Part shown: positions 47,850-61,499 of the stretch, piece after piece
How positions within the stretch are numbered: the first letter of the stretch is position 1
How the letters are laid out: every line of letters starts with the position of its first letter
Assembly: GCF_009914755.1 (NCBI RefSeq)
Contig: NC_060938.1
Length of the DNA: 64,000 bases
Strand: one strand, 5' to 3'
Origin: the human T2T-CHM13v2.0 reference genome, Homo sapiens
The notes under the pieces: generated by a model
Databases searched by the model: none
Seen by the model: only the letters and a program-made list of their open reading frames with translations
What the model was told of the DNA's origin: nothing
Program-made: the position numbers and the translations under genes

Positions 47850-49480
47850 TCTTTAAAATTTATTGTTTTCAGGCATACAATAATATAGATGGCAAATATC
47901 ATACAAAATCAAGCTTAAAAATAAAATATGATAGATACTACTGAAGCCTCCGTTACCCTCTTAGATCCTATTTCCCCGTCTCCATCGTCAAAATCCATTT
48001 TAGATGGATTTATATTATCCAGAAATTGGTGTTCATCATTCCCATGCATATTTCTACAATTCTGTAATATACGTATGTTTCCATAGACATTATATGGTAC
48101 TGCATTGATGGTTTTAAACTTCACACAAATAGTATTATACTGTATATATTCTCCTGCAACTTTCTTCTTCTCTTTCACATTTTGTACAATTCAGCCATGT
48201 TGATATATTCATCGTACTGTCGTATACTACTTCTACTATTGCTCCTGTTGCTGTCGTTACCACTGTTAATGGATTTTATTTTGTGCTTGACACTGTTCTA
48301 GGCATTTTAAAGTATTGTACACTGTTCTAGTATTTAATCATGTTATCCTCAAAAAATCTTTTTATCAGATAGGTACTACTGTGATCCTCATCATCAAGTG
48401 AAGAAAAATTTGGGGTTTAAGCTCAAGATCACATGATCAATAAATTAGTATGAAGACATCACAATTAATTTATGCGTCCTTATGGACATCAATGTGATTT
48501 CCAGGTATTCAGCATTACAAATGTTGAATGCTGCAGTGAGCATCCTGTATATGGCTCCCTGTGCACCTGTACAAGAATTTCTGGGAGTGTACAACTTGAA
48601 GTGAAATTGCAGCATCAGAGGAAATCCACATTCTCAACTTGACGAAATTTTTCCAAATTGTTCTAAGTGATTATTCTAATTTGCAACCCCCCACACCCAC
48701 TCCTGCCCCAACAGTGTTGATTCATAAGGACCTATCACTGGGGTTTTCAGACTTAAACTTTTACCAATATGATAGTTTTACCTCACTGTGGGTTTTTTTT
48801 TTTTTTGCATTTTTTTATTTCTGCCTTTGTTTGTGCTGCTAATATTTAAGAGTGAGTAATTTATAAAGAACCAAAATTTATTTTCTTGTAGTTCTAGAGG
48901 CTGGAAAGTGCAAGACCAAGGTGCCAGCAGGTGTGACTGCCTGCTGAGGAACATTCTCTGCTCCCAGCGTGGCACCTTGTTGCTACATCCTCCGGAGCGG
49001 AGGAACACTGTGTCCTCACATGGTGGAAGACAGAAGGGCAAGTCCATCAAGGCCTTGTGTAAGGGTCCCTAATTCCATTCATAAGGAGAGGCACACTAAT
49101 CACCTTATCACCTCTTAAAGGCCCCACTTCTTAATACCATCACATTGTAAGTTTCAATGCCTGAATTTTGGAGGGGACACATTCAAACCATAGCAATTAT
49201 TCTTGAGTTTAAGCTCTTATTCCTCCATGAATTGCCTATCCATATCCTTTGCAACTTGGTTCTGTTTCTTTTTAGGAATGCTGCACATATTAAATACTAA
49301 TCCTTTGTCCATCACCTACATTGTAAACACCTTCTTCCAGTCTGTGGTTTATCATGTCCCCATCCTATCTTTTATAATACAGAACTTTTTTTAATGTAGT
49401 CAAATTTACCAATATTTTGTTTATGGTTCGGGCTTATTTTGTTTTTTTAAAAAACATATTTTCATGCTCTAACATAAATT
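47850..49480 (-). mobile_element. Degenerate L1ME 3' fragments with MIR-like and MST inserts
   Basis: Antisense L1M motifs (TACTGTATATATTCTCCTGCAAC; GCTGCAGTGAGCATCCTGTAT; AATACTAATCCTTTGTC). Confidence 0.55.
48822..49195 (-). mobile_element. MSTD-like MaLR solo LTR
   Basis: GTAATTTATAAAGAAC..GTTCTAGAGGCTGGAAAG..GGAGGGGACACATTCAAACCATAGCA. Confidence 0.75.
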
Positions 49481-49509
49481 CTTTTAAATGTCCCTTGTAT
49501 CAGTTGAAG

Positions 49510-49792
49510 GGCAGGGCACAGTGGCTTATGCCTCCAATCCCTGCACTTTGGGAAGTTCAAGACCAAGCCTGGCCAATATAGTGAGACCCCTGTCTCTACA
49601 AAAATAAAAATAAAAAACTAGCCAGATGTGGTGGTACCTACCTGTAGTCCCAGCTACTTGGAAGGCAGAAGGCAGAGGCAGGAGGATCCCTGGAGCCAGG
49701 AGTTCAAGGCTACAGTGAGCTATGATTGTATCACTTCATTTCAGCCAGGGCAATAGCTCAAGATGCTCTCTCTTTTCCTTTTCTTTTCCTTT

Positions 49793-49834
<42 letters not shown>

Positions 49835-50157
49835 AGACTGAGTTTCACTCTTGTTTCCCAGGCCGGAGTGTAGTGGCACAGTCTCGGCTCACTGCAACCT
49901 CCACCTCCTGGGTTCAAGCGACTCCTGCCTCAGCCTCCCAAGTAGCTAGGATTACAGGCACCCACCACGACGCCTGGCTAATTTTTGTATTTTTAGCAGA
50001 GACGAGGTTTCACCATGTTAGCCAGGCTGGTCACGAACTCCTGACCTCAGGTGATCTGCCCGCCTCGGCCTCCCAAAGTGCTGGGATTACAGGCATGAGC
50101 CACCGTGCCCGGCCTAAGACCCTCTCTCAAAAAAAAGAAAAGAAAAAGAAAGAAGAA
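49510..50157 (+). mobile_element. AluJo host with deleted left arm, split near its 3' end by an antisense Alu
   Basis: Arms at 49510-49772; resumes AAGACCCTCTCTCAAAA at 50116. Confidence 0.8.
49773..50114 (-). mobile_element. AluSq/Sp-like with long poly(A) tail
   Basis: GAGTTTCACTCTTGTT diagnostic; flanks AAGATGCTCTCTC and AAGACCCTCTCTC. Confidence 0.9.
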
Positions 50158-50457
50158 GGCCAGGTGCGGTGGCTCATGCCCGTAATCGCAGCACTTTGGG
50201 AGTCCAAGGCGGGCAGATCACCTGAGGTCAGGGGTTCCAGACCAGCCTGGTCAACATGGTGAAGCCACATCTCTATTAAAAAATACAAAAATTAGCCGGG
50301 TGTGGTGGCGTGCACTTGTAGTTCCAGCTACTCAGGAGGCTGAGTCAAAAGAATTGCTTGAACCCAGGAGGTGGAGGTTGCAGTGAGCGGAGACCGTGCC
50401 ACTGTACTCTAGCCAGGTGGTAGAGGGAGACTCCAACTCAAAAAAAAAAAAAAAAAG
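50158..50457 (+). mobile_element. AluS-type inserted in the AluJo tail
   Basis: Full dimer with poly(A). Confidence 0.92.
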
Positions 50458-50621
50458 GAAAAGATTTTGTTTGGGGCATCAATTTCCAATTCATGTAGGT
50501 CAATTTTTGTGCATGGTAAGATGTGGAACTCTAGTTTTACTTTTTCTCCTTGTGGTTCATCATTTTTCTATTTATCAATATTCCACTCTCCCCTCACTGA
50601 TCTGTATTGCTATCTCATTTA

Positions 50622-50948
50622 TTTCTTTTTTCTTTTTTTTTTTTTTTTTTTAACCAAGACAGGGTCTCACTCTATCACCCAGGCTGGAGTGCAGTGGCAT
50701 TATCATGGTTCACTGCAGCCTTGACCTTCCAGGCTCAAGCGATCTTTCCACCTCAGCCTCTTGAGTAACTGGTATCACAGGCATATGCCATGGCATGATG
50801 CCATGACTGGCTAATTGTGGTATTTTTTTGTAGAGACAGGGTTTTTCCATGTTGCCCAGGCTGGTCTCAACCTCCTGGGCTTAAGCAATCTTCTCCCTTC
50901 GGCCTCCCAAAGTGTTGAGATTACAGCCGTGAGGCACCGTACCTGGCC
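50622..50948 (-). mobile_element. AluJ
   Basis: Antisense dimer, J-type arms. Confidence 0.9.
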
Positions 50949-51402
50949 TTCTTCCATTTCTGGAGCATGTTTTCTTATGTGCATAAGCCTGTTCCTGGAC
51001 TCTCTACTCTGTCCCATTATTCCATTTGTCTAGCCCTGCACTTACACCACACTGTTGAATTACTTAACTTTATTTTCAATTCTGTTATCTAATATGGCAT
51101 GTCTCCTTGCTTTTTCAACTTTAACATTACTCCTGGCTCTTTTTGGCCCTTTGATCTGTCATGTGAGTTTGAGTCAGATTATTAAATTCCACAGAAAATG
51201 TTTTTTATTGTATCAATATTTATTAATTCAAGGTTTATGGTATTAATGTTATTTATTAGTTTGGCAAAAATTGAGCTTTTTATATTCCATGGGTATCTGC
51301 CTGTTTCTTATCAGGCTGTCAGTCCTGGCCCCCCAGCATATCAGGCTCTACATTCCTCTTTCAGCTATAGGGTCTTGCTCAAATTTCCCCTTTCCATTGT
51401 TT

Positions 51403-51682
51403 CTTTTCTTTTTTTTTTTTTTTTTTGAGATGGAGTCTCGCTCTGTGGCCCAGGCTGGAGTGCATGGAATGCAGTGGTGAGATCTTGGCTCACTGCAACC
51501 TCTGTCTCCTGGGTTCAAGATTCTCCTGCCTCAGCCTCTTGAGTAACTAGGACTATAGGCATGCACTACCACACCCGGCTAATTTTTGTATTTTTAGTAG
51601 AGACAGGGTTTCACCTTGTTAGTTAGGCTGGTCTCGAACTCCTGACCTCAAGTGATCCATCTGCCTCAGCCTCCCAAAGTGC
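51403..51682 (-). mobile_element. AluS-type, 5'-truncated
   Basis: Antisense dimer ending at CCCAAAGTGC. Confidence 0.9.
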
Positions 51683-54600
51683 CCTTTATTTATTTACTTA
51701 TTTATAGCTCCATACACTTCTGCCTTTTTCTGGCCCCCCCAGGGATAGGTCTGGAGGAGGAGGCCAGCGGCCCTTGCTAGCCTCCTACTTGTCAAGAACC
51801 GCAAGTCTCTTGTTTATGTTTTAATTTTGAGAGCCCAGAGGCCCCAGAGAATGTCATTTATGTCACTCCAGCGAGAGATGCATGGTAATATCAAAGCTGT
51901 TTCCCCCTCCACCCCCGACAAAAAAGATAAGAATTCAACCAATGGCTGGAAAAGGGGATGCAAAAAGGATGTGAGCTGAGAGGCACAGTTTATGAGAAGA
52001 GTCCAGCACCCGGACTCTCCTCTTTAGGTTGAACCCCAAAGTTGTGGGGTTGATGGAGCTTTCTGATGAGTTTGGGGGGCCTGCAGAGCAGAGAAACTTT
52101 GTGCCTCCCTTGCCAGCTGTGGCCTTGAGGAAATGAAGAAAAGGCCCCACAGAAGCTCCAAGTACAGTCTGATTCAGCAATACCCCAGCACTGCTGAGTG
52201 TGTTGTCCAGGCAAGTGAACCGGACAGCAGCCCCACAGAGGCCCACACCAGCCAGGTGGTACAGGACAGCCTCTGGAATCATCCTTTGCTCTGACAAAGG
52301 ACACAGGGAAGCCTGCAGATGAAAAGGGTCTATGACTGGGACAAAGGGGAAGCAACATCGGTGGACCAGCTGACTATAAGCCATGTGGAGCTGAAGATGT
52401 CAGCAAGGGAGCAGGGTCGACACAGTGCATGGCCAAGCTCAAGAGAGAGGTGCAGGGGCAGAGGCCAGCCCCTGCACGGGCATTCCTCCCCCAGTGTCAG
52501 AACACTTCCCAGGAACCTCAGGCCTCCCCCAAGGAGAAGGAAAGGAAAAGAGGAAATAGGAGAGTTGCCAAATGAACAGAGCAATTAGATAAAAGTATTT
52601 TTAAACCTAAAGGGACTGCATTGTATCAAATTAGCAAGCCTAAGTTTCCTACCATTAGCAACGCCTAAATGGAGTCCAGTTATAATGCTATAATGAGCCC
52701 TCGATCTTTGTGCACGGGTAAACTGAAATAGTGAATTTCATACCTGTGACAGCTTTCACTTTCATTTTTATCTTATTGGTTTAAACATTTTTGCCATTGA
52801 AACTTTCTCATTTTATCTGTTTTGTTCAGTCTATTGTTTCATTGGTCACCAACTTATTTCCTTTTTAAGCTTTTCCACTATGTTCTCTTTGTATTTTATT
52901 ATTATTAGAGTTACACATATTTTCCGAGAGTAGTAAATACTATAATAGATCTGTAAGACAATTTCTTTGATCCACCAATTCTATACTTTTAAAAAGAAAA
53001 TAGTGTAAAAATATTTAAAATGGAAGCTAAGCCAGGCAACTCAAGATAGATCTGTATAGCAAACTAGCAAATAAAATAGTTTGACTTATCTTTTTATAGC
53101 CAAACTTAAATATCCAACATAAAATTTAATGTACAGCAGAAGCATCTGTTATCTGAAAGTTAATATATATTGTGATATATATTATATATCACATAATGAT
53201 ATGTGATGTATATATCAGAAAGCAGAGTTCGTTTTAACTGAAACTTTGTACATTGCAGTCTTTTACTTTTATTTAACAGATCAGTGAAGTCCATCAGCTG
53301 GTTAGTCATAATAATTTGGTGACTGAGAACAATCTAATATGGCAAACATAGTGAATAAACTGAGTGAATAAACCCTGTTTTCTACAGCACACATCCCAAC
53401 ACAAGTGCTAACAAACATTTATTTCTCATCAGTCTTTAGAACTACTAATACGAACTTTCAATATTGAAGGGAAGCTCTTGGCCCTCCTGAGTAAATAGAC
53501 TTAGATTGTAACCGGATAATTTAGCTTCAAAATGCATTTTACAACTTTTTTTGCCTTTCTCTTGGGGTTTCAAGACATAACCTTGAAGCAAACTGCAGAA
53601 GCCTTTTCTCTTAGCCTTAAAGTAGACTACACATCCCTCCCTTTCTCACCATATTCCCTTCACATTTACCTAACTGTATACTAGTATCTAATTATGTGCC
53701 TTCTTAGAAGTTCCAGGGGCTAATCTTGAGACACACAGGCCAAGCCTGGAGACCCACCTGCAAAATTCCAGAGATCACTTCAAGGCGGCTAATTAACAAC
53801 TTGGCCATTGTTGAGATGGTGGTCCACGATCCAGGTGGGCAGGACCCAAGATAGTCACCTGAACATGACACTCTGACATTGTACTCAGCCTAATTCTTGT
53901 ATGCCTTCCTTATCAAGTTTTCCCTTTTTAAACCCCCACCTTCCCCCACAAAATTGAAATGGTTGCTTTGGATAGGAATCTGGACACTTCCCATTTACTA
54001 GTTTCAGTTAATATTAATAAAGTCACTTTCTGCTAGACCTCGCTCTTGTTAATTGGACTCTGCAAGTGGTGAGCATCCATACCTGCATTCAGTTACAATT
54101 TGGTGGCTCTTACAGGAAGCACTGTGAGCTCCCAGAGCCTGGGCCTGCCGGTCTAGTTTCTGTCCGGCAGGGCACAGTGCCGCCTGTGAGCTACAGCTAC
54201 TGGGCTACTGTGGCTACTGTGTCCCCTTGGCTGGAACGTTAGGAAGTTGCCCTGCAGCTGCCGAGACGCTTTTGTCTCGAGGATCCTCTTTCTCTTCCTG
54301 CTGTGGTGCCTGCTGCCTTCAATGCTTTGCTGGTGCAAAGAGAGTAACCTTTAGAGAACTCGACACATTTTGGAATTTTGGAAACTTGGAACTGGGTGAG
54401 TCTGTTGGAGTGCACCCGACCACCCTCTGCCTCCTTTAGGGTGTCGCTGTGGCTCTGCTCTATTTAGACTTGGCCGCTGATGACACCATTTGAGCACTTT
54501 ATGCATTTATGTTTATTTGTGTTTTTGGCACCCTTAGGGCTTTGCTCAGTTCAGACTTATTCACCTGGGAGGCCGGCTTGAAACTGAGGCAAGGGATTTG

Positions 54601-54909
54601 AGACTGTACTCAGCCTCTTAACTGGTGATTTGTTTGAAGGTGCATGAATGTGTGTCCTTTGTATGTGGGCCCTGAATGATCCCTTTCTCTCTCTCTCTCT
54701 CTCTCTTTCCCCTTGTTCAAACATCATCCTCCTGATTATCTCAGAAGCCACCTACAGCCTTATTCCTCTCGGCCAAAAGCACCTTTAGCTCCCTCTGGTT
54801 GGAAACACTTCACCTTGACTGGTGACTTGCAGAGGTGGGAGGGATTTGTTCCCCACCGTTTGGTTCACTGTGGCCCAGGGCAACACTTGTGCATTAATTA
54901 AGGCTGTGT

Positions 54910-54977
54910 AATATAGATAGATGTAGATATAGATATAGATATAGATATAGATATAGATATAGATATAGATATAGATA
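54910..54977. repeat. (GATATA)n microsatellite, copy A
   Basis: Seen directly. Confidence 0.95.
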
Positions 54978-55619
54978 CCACCGTGTAGGTCTGAGGTGCT
55001 GAGTCTCTCCATGACCCCGTACCGTGTGGTGGTTGGGAGGCTCACAAGCCTCCCCTCCTTCCTTTCTCTTTCCCCTTCCCTCCTATAAAATTTGACCTTT
55101 CTTCTCTCCATTCCTGTCTTTTCTTTTTCTCTTTTCCTACTCAATCCAGGGATCCAGCATGGCAGCGGAAAAGCAGTTTCCAACATTCTGGCCCCTGATT
55201 TTGTCATCCTCTTTGGGATTCCAGCTGGTTACATATTATGGCCCATTTATGTGCACATTTTAAACTGATGGGCAAATTACAACAAGAAAAATGTAGAGCT
55301 CAAATGGTTAACCTGCACTACAGAGTTAAGTAGAGTCTTCGAAAGGTCTCTATCTTCTCTTCTTTTCTGCCTGCTTTAAATCTGCTGTTACTAAGCTGCT
55401 GGTGCTGAGATAAAACTCGTTATTTATGGTGTAACTAGAATATAAACATTGAAAACTCATTAGAAACTGAAGGAAAAAAACTGCCATAGAGACTGCTTTA
55501 CCCCAAATTTTGGTTCACAGCTTTCCTTGGATTACCTATCAGGGCAAAGTTTAGCCATGGGAACAGATTCCAATTTTGTCACAAAAATAACTTGGAGCCA
55601 GCAATCCCCACAAATAACT

Positions 55620-56250
55620 GGAAAATTAGTTAAAGTCATGATGGGAAGCAGGGCATGGGAAGAGGGGAGAGTCAGACACGCCTCACTATACCTTCCCCAA
55701 CTTTTTGGATTTTAGGCACAACTGATCATCATTAACATTAAAACAGTTCATAAGACTGATCAAACAGAACCTGTAAAGATAAAATACCAAATTATAAACA
55801 GGACCTAGGGCAATGCCAGGCAAGGGTTAAGTCACTCACTCCTACACTTAAAGAGTAAACTATGTCTCAAATGCCTCAAGATTTTTGTTTTTCTCTAGCA
55901 GCCAAACAATACCTGGCTTCAAGATAAGCCAACTGACTGACTCCTGGCCTCTATGCCACCAGCCATAACTACAGCTTTAATTAGACAAGAGACTAATCTC
56001 AGTAACTTTCCCCTAATGAAAGACTACCAACCATGGGCTAGTTTACAGAAAGTGCACACTTACATGGCTTTATGTCCTATAAAGACCTTTTGATACATAA
56101 GGCCTAAAAGTAATATATTTAAATGTAAATTCTCCACCTCAAAATAAACATGGGTCATACATGTATATTTGTTCAATACACATATGTCAGGACCATCTTT
56201 GTAAATATTCATAGTTCCTCCTGTTAAGTGTGTATATTTAGCCAACCTGT
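55620..56250 (+). mobile_element. Partial MER39/MER34-class LTR-like segment inside the provirus
   Basis: GGCACAACTGATCATCATTAACATTAAAACAG..GGCAAGGGTTAAGTCAC..AAATATTCATAG motifs typical of that LTR class. Confidence 0.55.
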
Positions 56251-56289
56251 TGTCATATGCACACAAGAAATCTGGGTTCAATTGATAGT

Positions 56290-56894
56290 GGGAACCATGA
56301 ACTATAACTAAGACTAAATGCTGTACATATTTCCTGGATAACTCCAAAAGCATATCCTCAGCCCTACAAGACATACAGGCAAACTAGTGCTATGTCTAAT
56401 CCCACAATGTCTTTAAATCATATGGCTTTAGATATCCTAACTATGGCCCAGGGCAACACTTGTGCGGTAATTAAGGCTGTGTAATATAGATAGATATAGA
56501 TATAGACATAGATATAGATATAGATATAGAAAGATACCAGATTCTTCTCACAATATAACTCAAGCTATTCAGGCCTTAAATACCCATATTTCTATTGGAT
56601 ATTATATATGCTATAGATGCTCTCTCTCAAGAGCCTGTGACAGCATGGTTTAGTCAACTTCCTAAGACATTGAAGACTCTCCTACACAGTATAATTGGCC
56701 TTCTGCTCATTGCTCTCTTTGGTTGCTATGGATTTTATTGCTGCCGTACACTTTATATGGGAATGCAGGACACGCTTTCCCCAAAAATCCTAGGTCCTCA
56801 CACCATAATGCTCCAACAAATCCCTACTATGAATCCAGGGACTCAAGAATATTTCCAGCTCCTGATCAACAGATTCCATTCCAATACTCCCTAA
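56290..56894 (+). pseudogene. env: Gamma-type env TM remnants
   Basis: KTKCCTYFLDNS.., then LNHMALDILTMAQGNTCAVIK (immunosuppressive domain), IPDSSHNITQAIQAL, and the anchor and tail in ORF 56595-56894. Confidence 0.85.
56483..56536. repeat. (GATATA)n microsatellite, copy B, within env TM
   Basis: Seen directly. Confidence 0.95.
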
Positions 56895-57068
56895 CTACAC
56901 CCTTCTCAGCAGGAAGTAGCTGCTTTTCATAGAAATGGAATGGAATTTGAGAGCAGGGAATTGAAACTCAAGAGCTTAGCTTCAAACCTTTTTTAAAAAT
57001 CTTTTTTGCCTCTCTCTTGGGTTTCAAGATAGAACCTTGAAGCAAACTGCAGAAGCCTTTTACCCTAG

Positions 57069-58663
<1,595 letters not shown>

Positions 58664-59838
58664 AAAAATAGACTCCACGTCCCTCCCTTTCCCACCCATA
58701 GACACTCCCTTCACATTTATTTAACTGTGTACTGGTATCTAATTATGTGCCTTCTTAGAAGTTCCAGGGGCTAATCTTCAGACACACAGCCTAAGCCTGG
58801 AGACTCAGTGACACAATTCCAGAGACTACTTCAAGCTGGCTAATCAATAACTCGGCCGTTGCTGAGATGTCTCCAGATGTCTCCAGCCCACGATCCAGGT
58901 GGACTGGGACCCAAGATAGCCACCTGAACCAGACACACATTGTACTCAGCCCAATTCTTGCATGCCTTCCTTATCAAGTTTTCCTTTTTTAAACCCCTGC
59001 CTCCCCCAACCCTAAAATCAAAGCTTTGAACAGGAATCCGGTCACTTCCCCTTTCCTGGTTTCCACTAATAGTCACTTTCTTTCTACCAGAGCTCCCTCT
59101 TGTTAATTGCACTCTGTAAGTGGTGAGCAACTGCACCTGTGTTTGGTTACAAGGTGAAGCCGAAAACGTACAGTAAAAAACAGAGTAATTATATATTTAA
59201 GTTACAGTTTATGGCAAATCATATTGGAAGTATTTACTCACCATCTGCCTTATCTATCTAAATAAAGGCTAACTGTTAATCCAGCACTTTCAATGCTTTC
59301 GACTCTCAAAGACACTTGTATCAACAGCTTCCTGGAGGTTTCCTACAAGTTCCTGTTTAAAAACAATTTGCACTCTATGTTAAGTATAATTTTAATCAAG
59401 GCTGAATCAAAGATATTGGGGCATACAATAATTTATTTCCATATATACAGTCTTAAAACAGTTTACCCATACAATATTAATTTCATTAATTGTATCTCTA
59501 AATCAAAGAGTGGATTACACAAAATTGTGTATCTGCTGTCCTTTTTATTACGCATATTTAATGTTATGGTTAAGAATACCTAAACACTGATATTGTAATT
59601 CTCTTTTTTCCTTGGGAATCTGAAATTTGAATGTAAACCAAAGGAGATACAGTAGTACCAAAATGAGGAGAGTAAAAGCCCTAGAGTGCTGAATTTGAAT
59701 CCAAAGTATCCATATGAATCCAGGAGGTATTTTATCATCGCTTTATAAATATAGTGTCCCAAAAGTTTTAGGGCAATATTAAGTTCTAAAATTTCAGGAA
59801 AACAAATGTTAGGAATTTATAAAACACATCCTTTAAAA

Positions 59839-60102
59839 CAGCAGTCCCCAACCTTTTTGGCACCAGGGACCAGTTTCATGGAAGACAATTTTTCCACGGA
59901 AGGGGAGCATAGAGGGATGGTTTCAGGATGAAACTGTTTCACCTCAGACTCAGATAATCAGGCATTAGATTCTCATGAGGAGCACCCAACCTGGATCCCT
60001 CACATGCACAGTTCACAATAGGGGTCGCACTCCTATGAGAATCTAATGCTGCCACTGATCTGACAGGAGATGGGTCCACAGCCTGGGTGTTGGGGACCTC
60101 TG
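59839..60102 (+). mobile_element. MER1B hAT-Charlie MITE
   Basis: CAGCAGTCCCCAACCTTTTTGGCACCAGGGAC...TTGGGGACCTCTG; perfect 8-bp TSD CTTTAAAA. Confidence 0.92.
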
Positions 60103-60249
60103 CTTTAAAAGCTTAAGTATTTAAATTTGTTATACTTATTTAATTTTGTGAATTTTGAATAATAAATTTGCATTCTCAATTAGGATTACTGATGAGAAAA
60201 CAAAGTACCACCTGTGGCCTATCAAGGGCTTTGAATCTGAGTTGGATCA

Positions 60250-60450
60250 ATCCTCTAAATCCAGCTGCCAGGGAAGGGAAATACCAGAGGACAGAGGAAC
60301 AGGCTAAGCTTCACTGTGAGCATGCAGTTGCAAAAGCCAGACTGTGAGAAACTACATGTCAAAGGGCCTGGGTTCCTCAACAGATAAATTGTCAGGAAAA
60401 GAAAGGGACAGAGGGGAAATCTGTGGATTATGAGTTTAAAAGAAATAAAC
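60250..60450 (+). mobile_element. L1MC-type 3'UTR fragment
   Basis: TCTAAATCCAGCTGCC..GGACAGAGGAAC..CCAGACTGTGAGAAACT..TCAACAGATAAATTG. Confidence 0.5.
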
Positions 60451-61499
60451 TTCAAAAATTAGCAAGTCTAAGTTACAGTAGCTAGGGATTCTGGTATGTG
60501 GGAAGCAATATAGGCAATGGAAAGCAAGATATTACTTGCAAGTAGACACATAATTTCTGCTAACATTCTATTGACCAAAACCAGGTCACATGGCCACATC
60601 TGTCCAGCTCCAGCTGAGGCCTGTGAATATCTCTAGCTAGGTAGCCATGTGCCTTGCTAAAATGTGGAGGTTTGATTATCAAAAGAAGAGACAGTAGATA
60701 ATGGTGAATACTTATTAGTCTCTGCCACTCCCTTAAAAATGGAATACACAAACTCGCACTGTGATTTCTAACTTACACTGTACAGCTTCTCTGAATTATT
60801 CTGGAACTTAAATTTGTGCTTGTCTTTACTTGTTATTCAGAAAGTATCTAGAGCCTCTCTTGATTTTCTTTATTTTCTCCCTGACAGCATCAGGAAAGTC
60901 AGAATCTCAATCAAGCCAGGGTCTAAACAGAAACTAAGACTCAAGGAAGTAGTTTGCATTGAGAGGAGAAAGGAGATATGCATAGATAGGAGACACCAGA
61001 AAGGGAAGGAGAAGGAAGGAGAAGGTTGTGCTCTGAGGACTTTCCATTCCCATGAGGCCTGGGGTGCTTCCTGCTTTGCATTCTGTGCATATCCCTTAAA
61101 CTCCTTTTTTACTTAAGCATCCTCAGGTGGATTTCTGTGTCTTGCAAACAATCTTCAGGAAGTATATAGCAACCTGTTCTAACATACTTGATCCCAAGTA
61201 GAAACAGTTTTATTTCCAGCAGGATTACAGGAACATTGCCTTATTTTGTATAACAGTCTCCCCCAGGTACCCCACTTTATAATGAAAGCGAATTGGCTTA
61301 GGTTTGGATTATATCAAATAGGGCATTTTATGACTAAGTAAAAAATCTTTTCATTGTGCTATTTATAGTTACTATGGTTAAACTTCCTTTGCTGTACAGC
61401 ACTTTACTTTTCTTGGAGTTAATTGCCTGTTTTTTTTCATTTTCTTTTTTTTTATATGTACCCATTAATTCAATGATCATTAAACCCTTCAGCAGGACT

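Noticed and set aside
49726-50262. 178-aa ORF and other short ORFs with [13 protein letters not shown]-type text
   Set aside because: These are translations of Alu sequence and poly(T), not genes.
51935-52588. Overlapping 84-149 aa ORFs as a possible gene or processed pseudogene
   Set aside because: No recognisable domain, poly(A) or TSD; ORFs in several frames are expected from the higher GC content.
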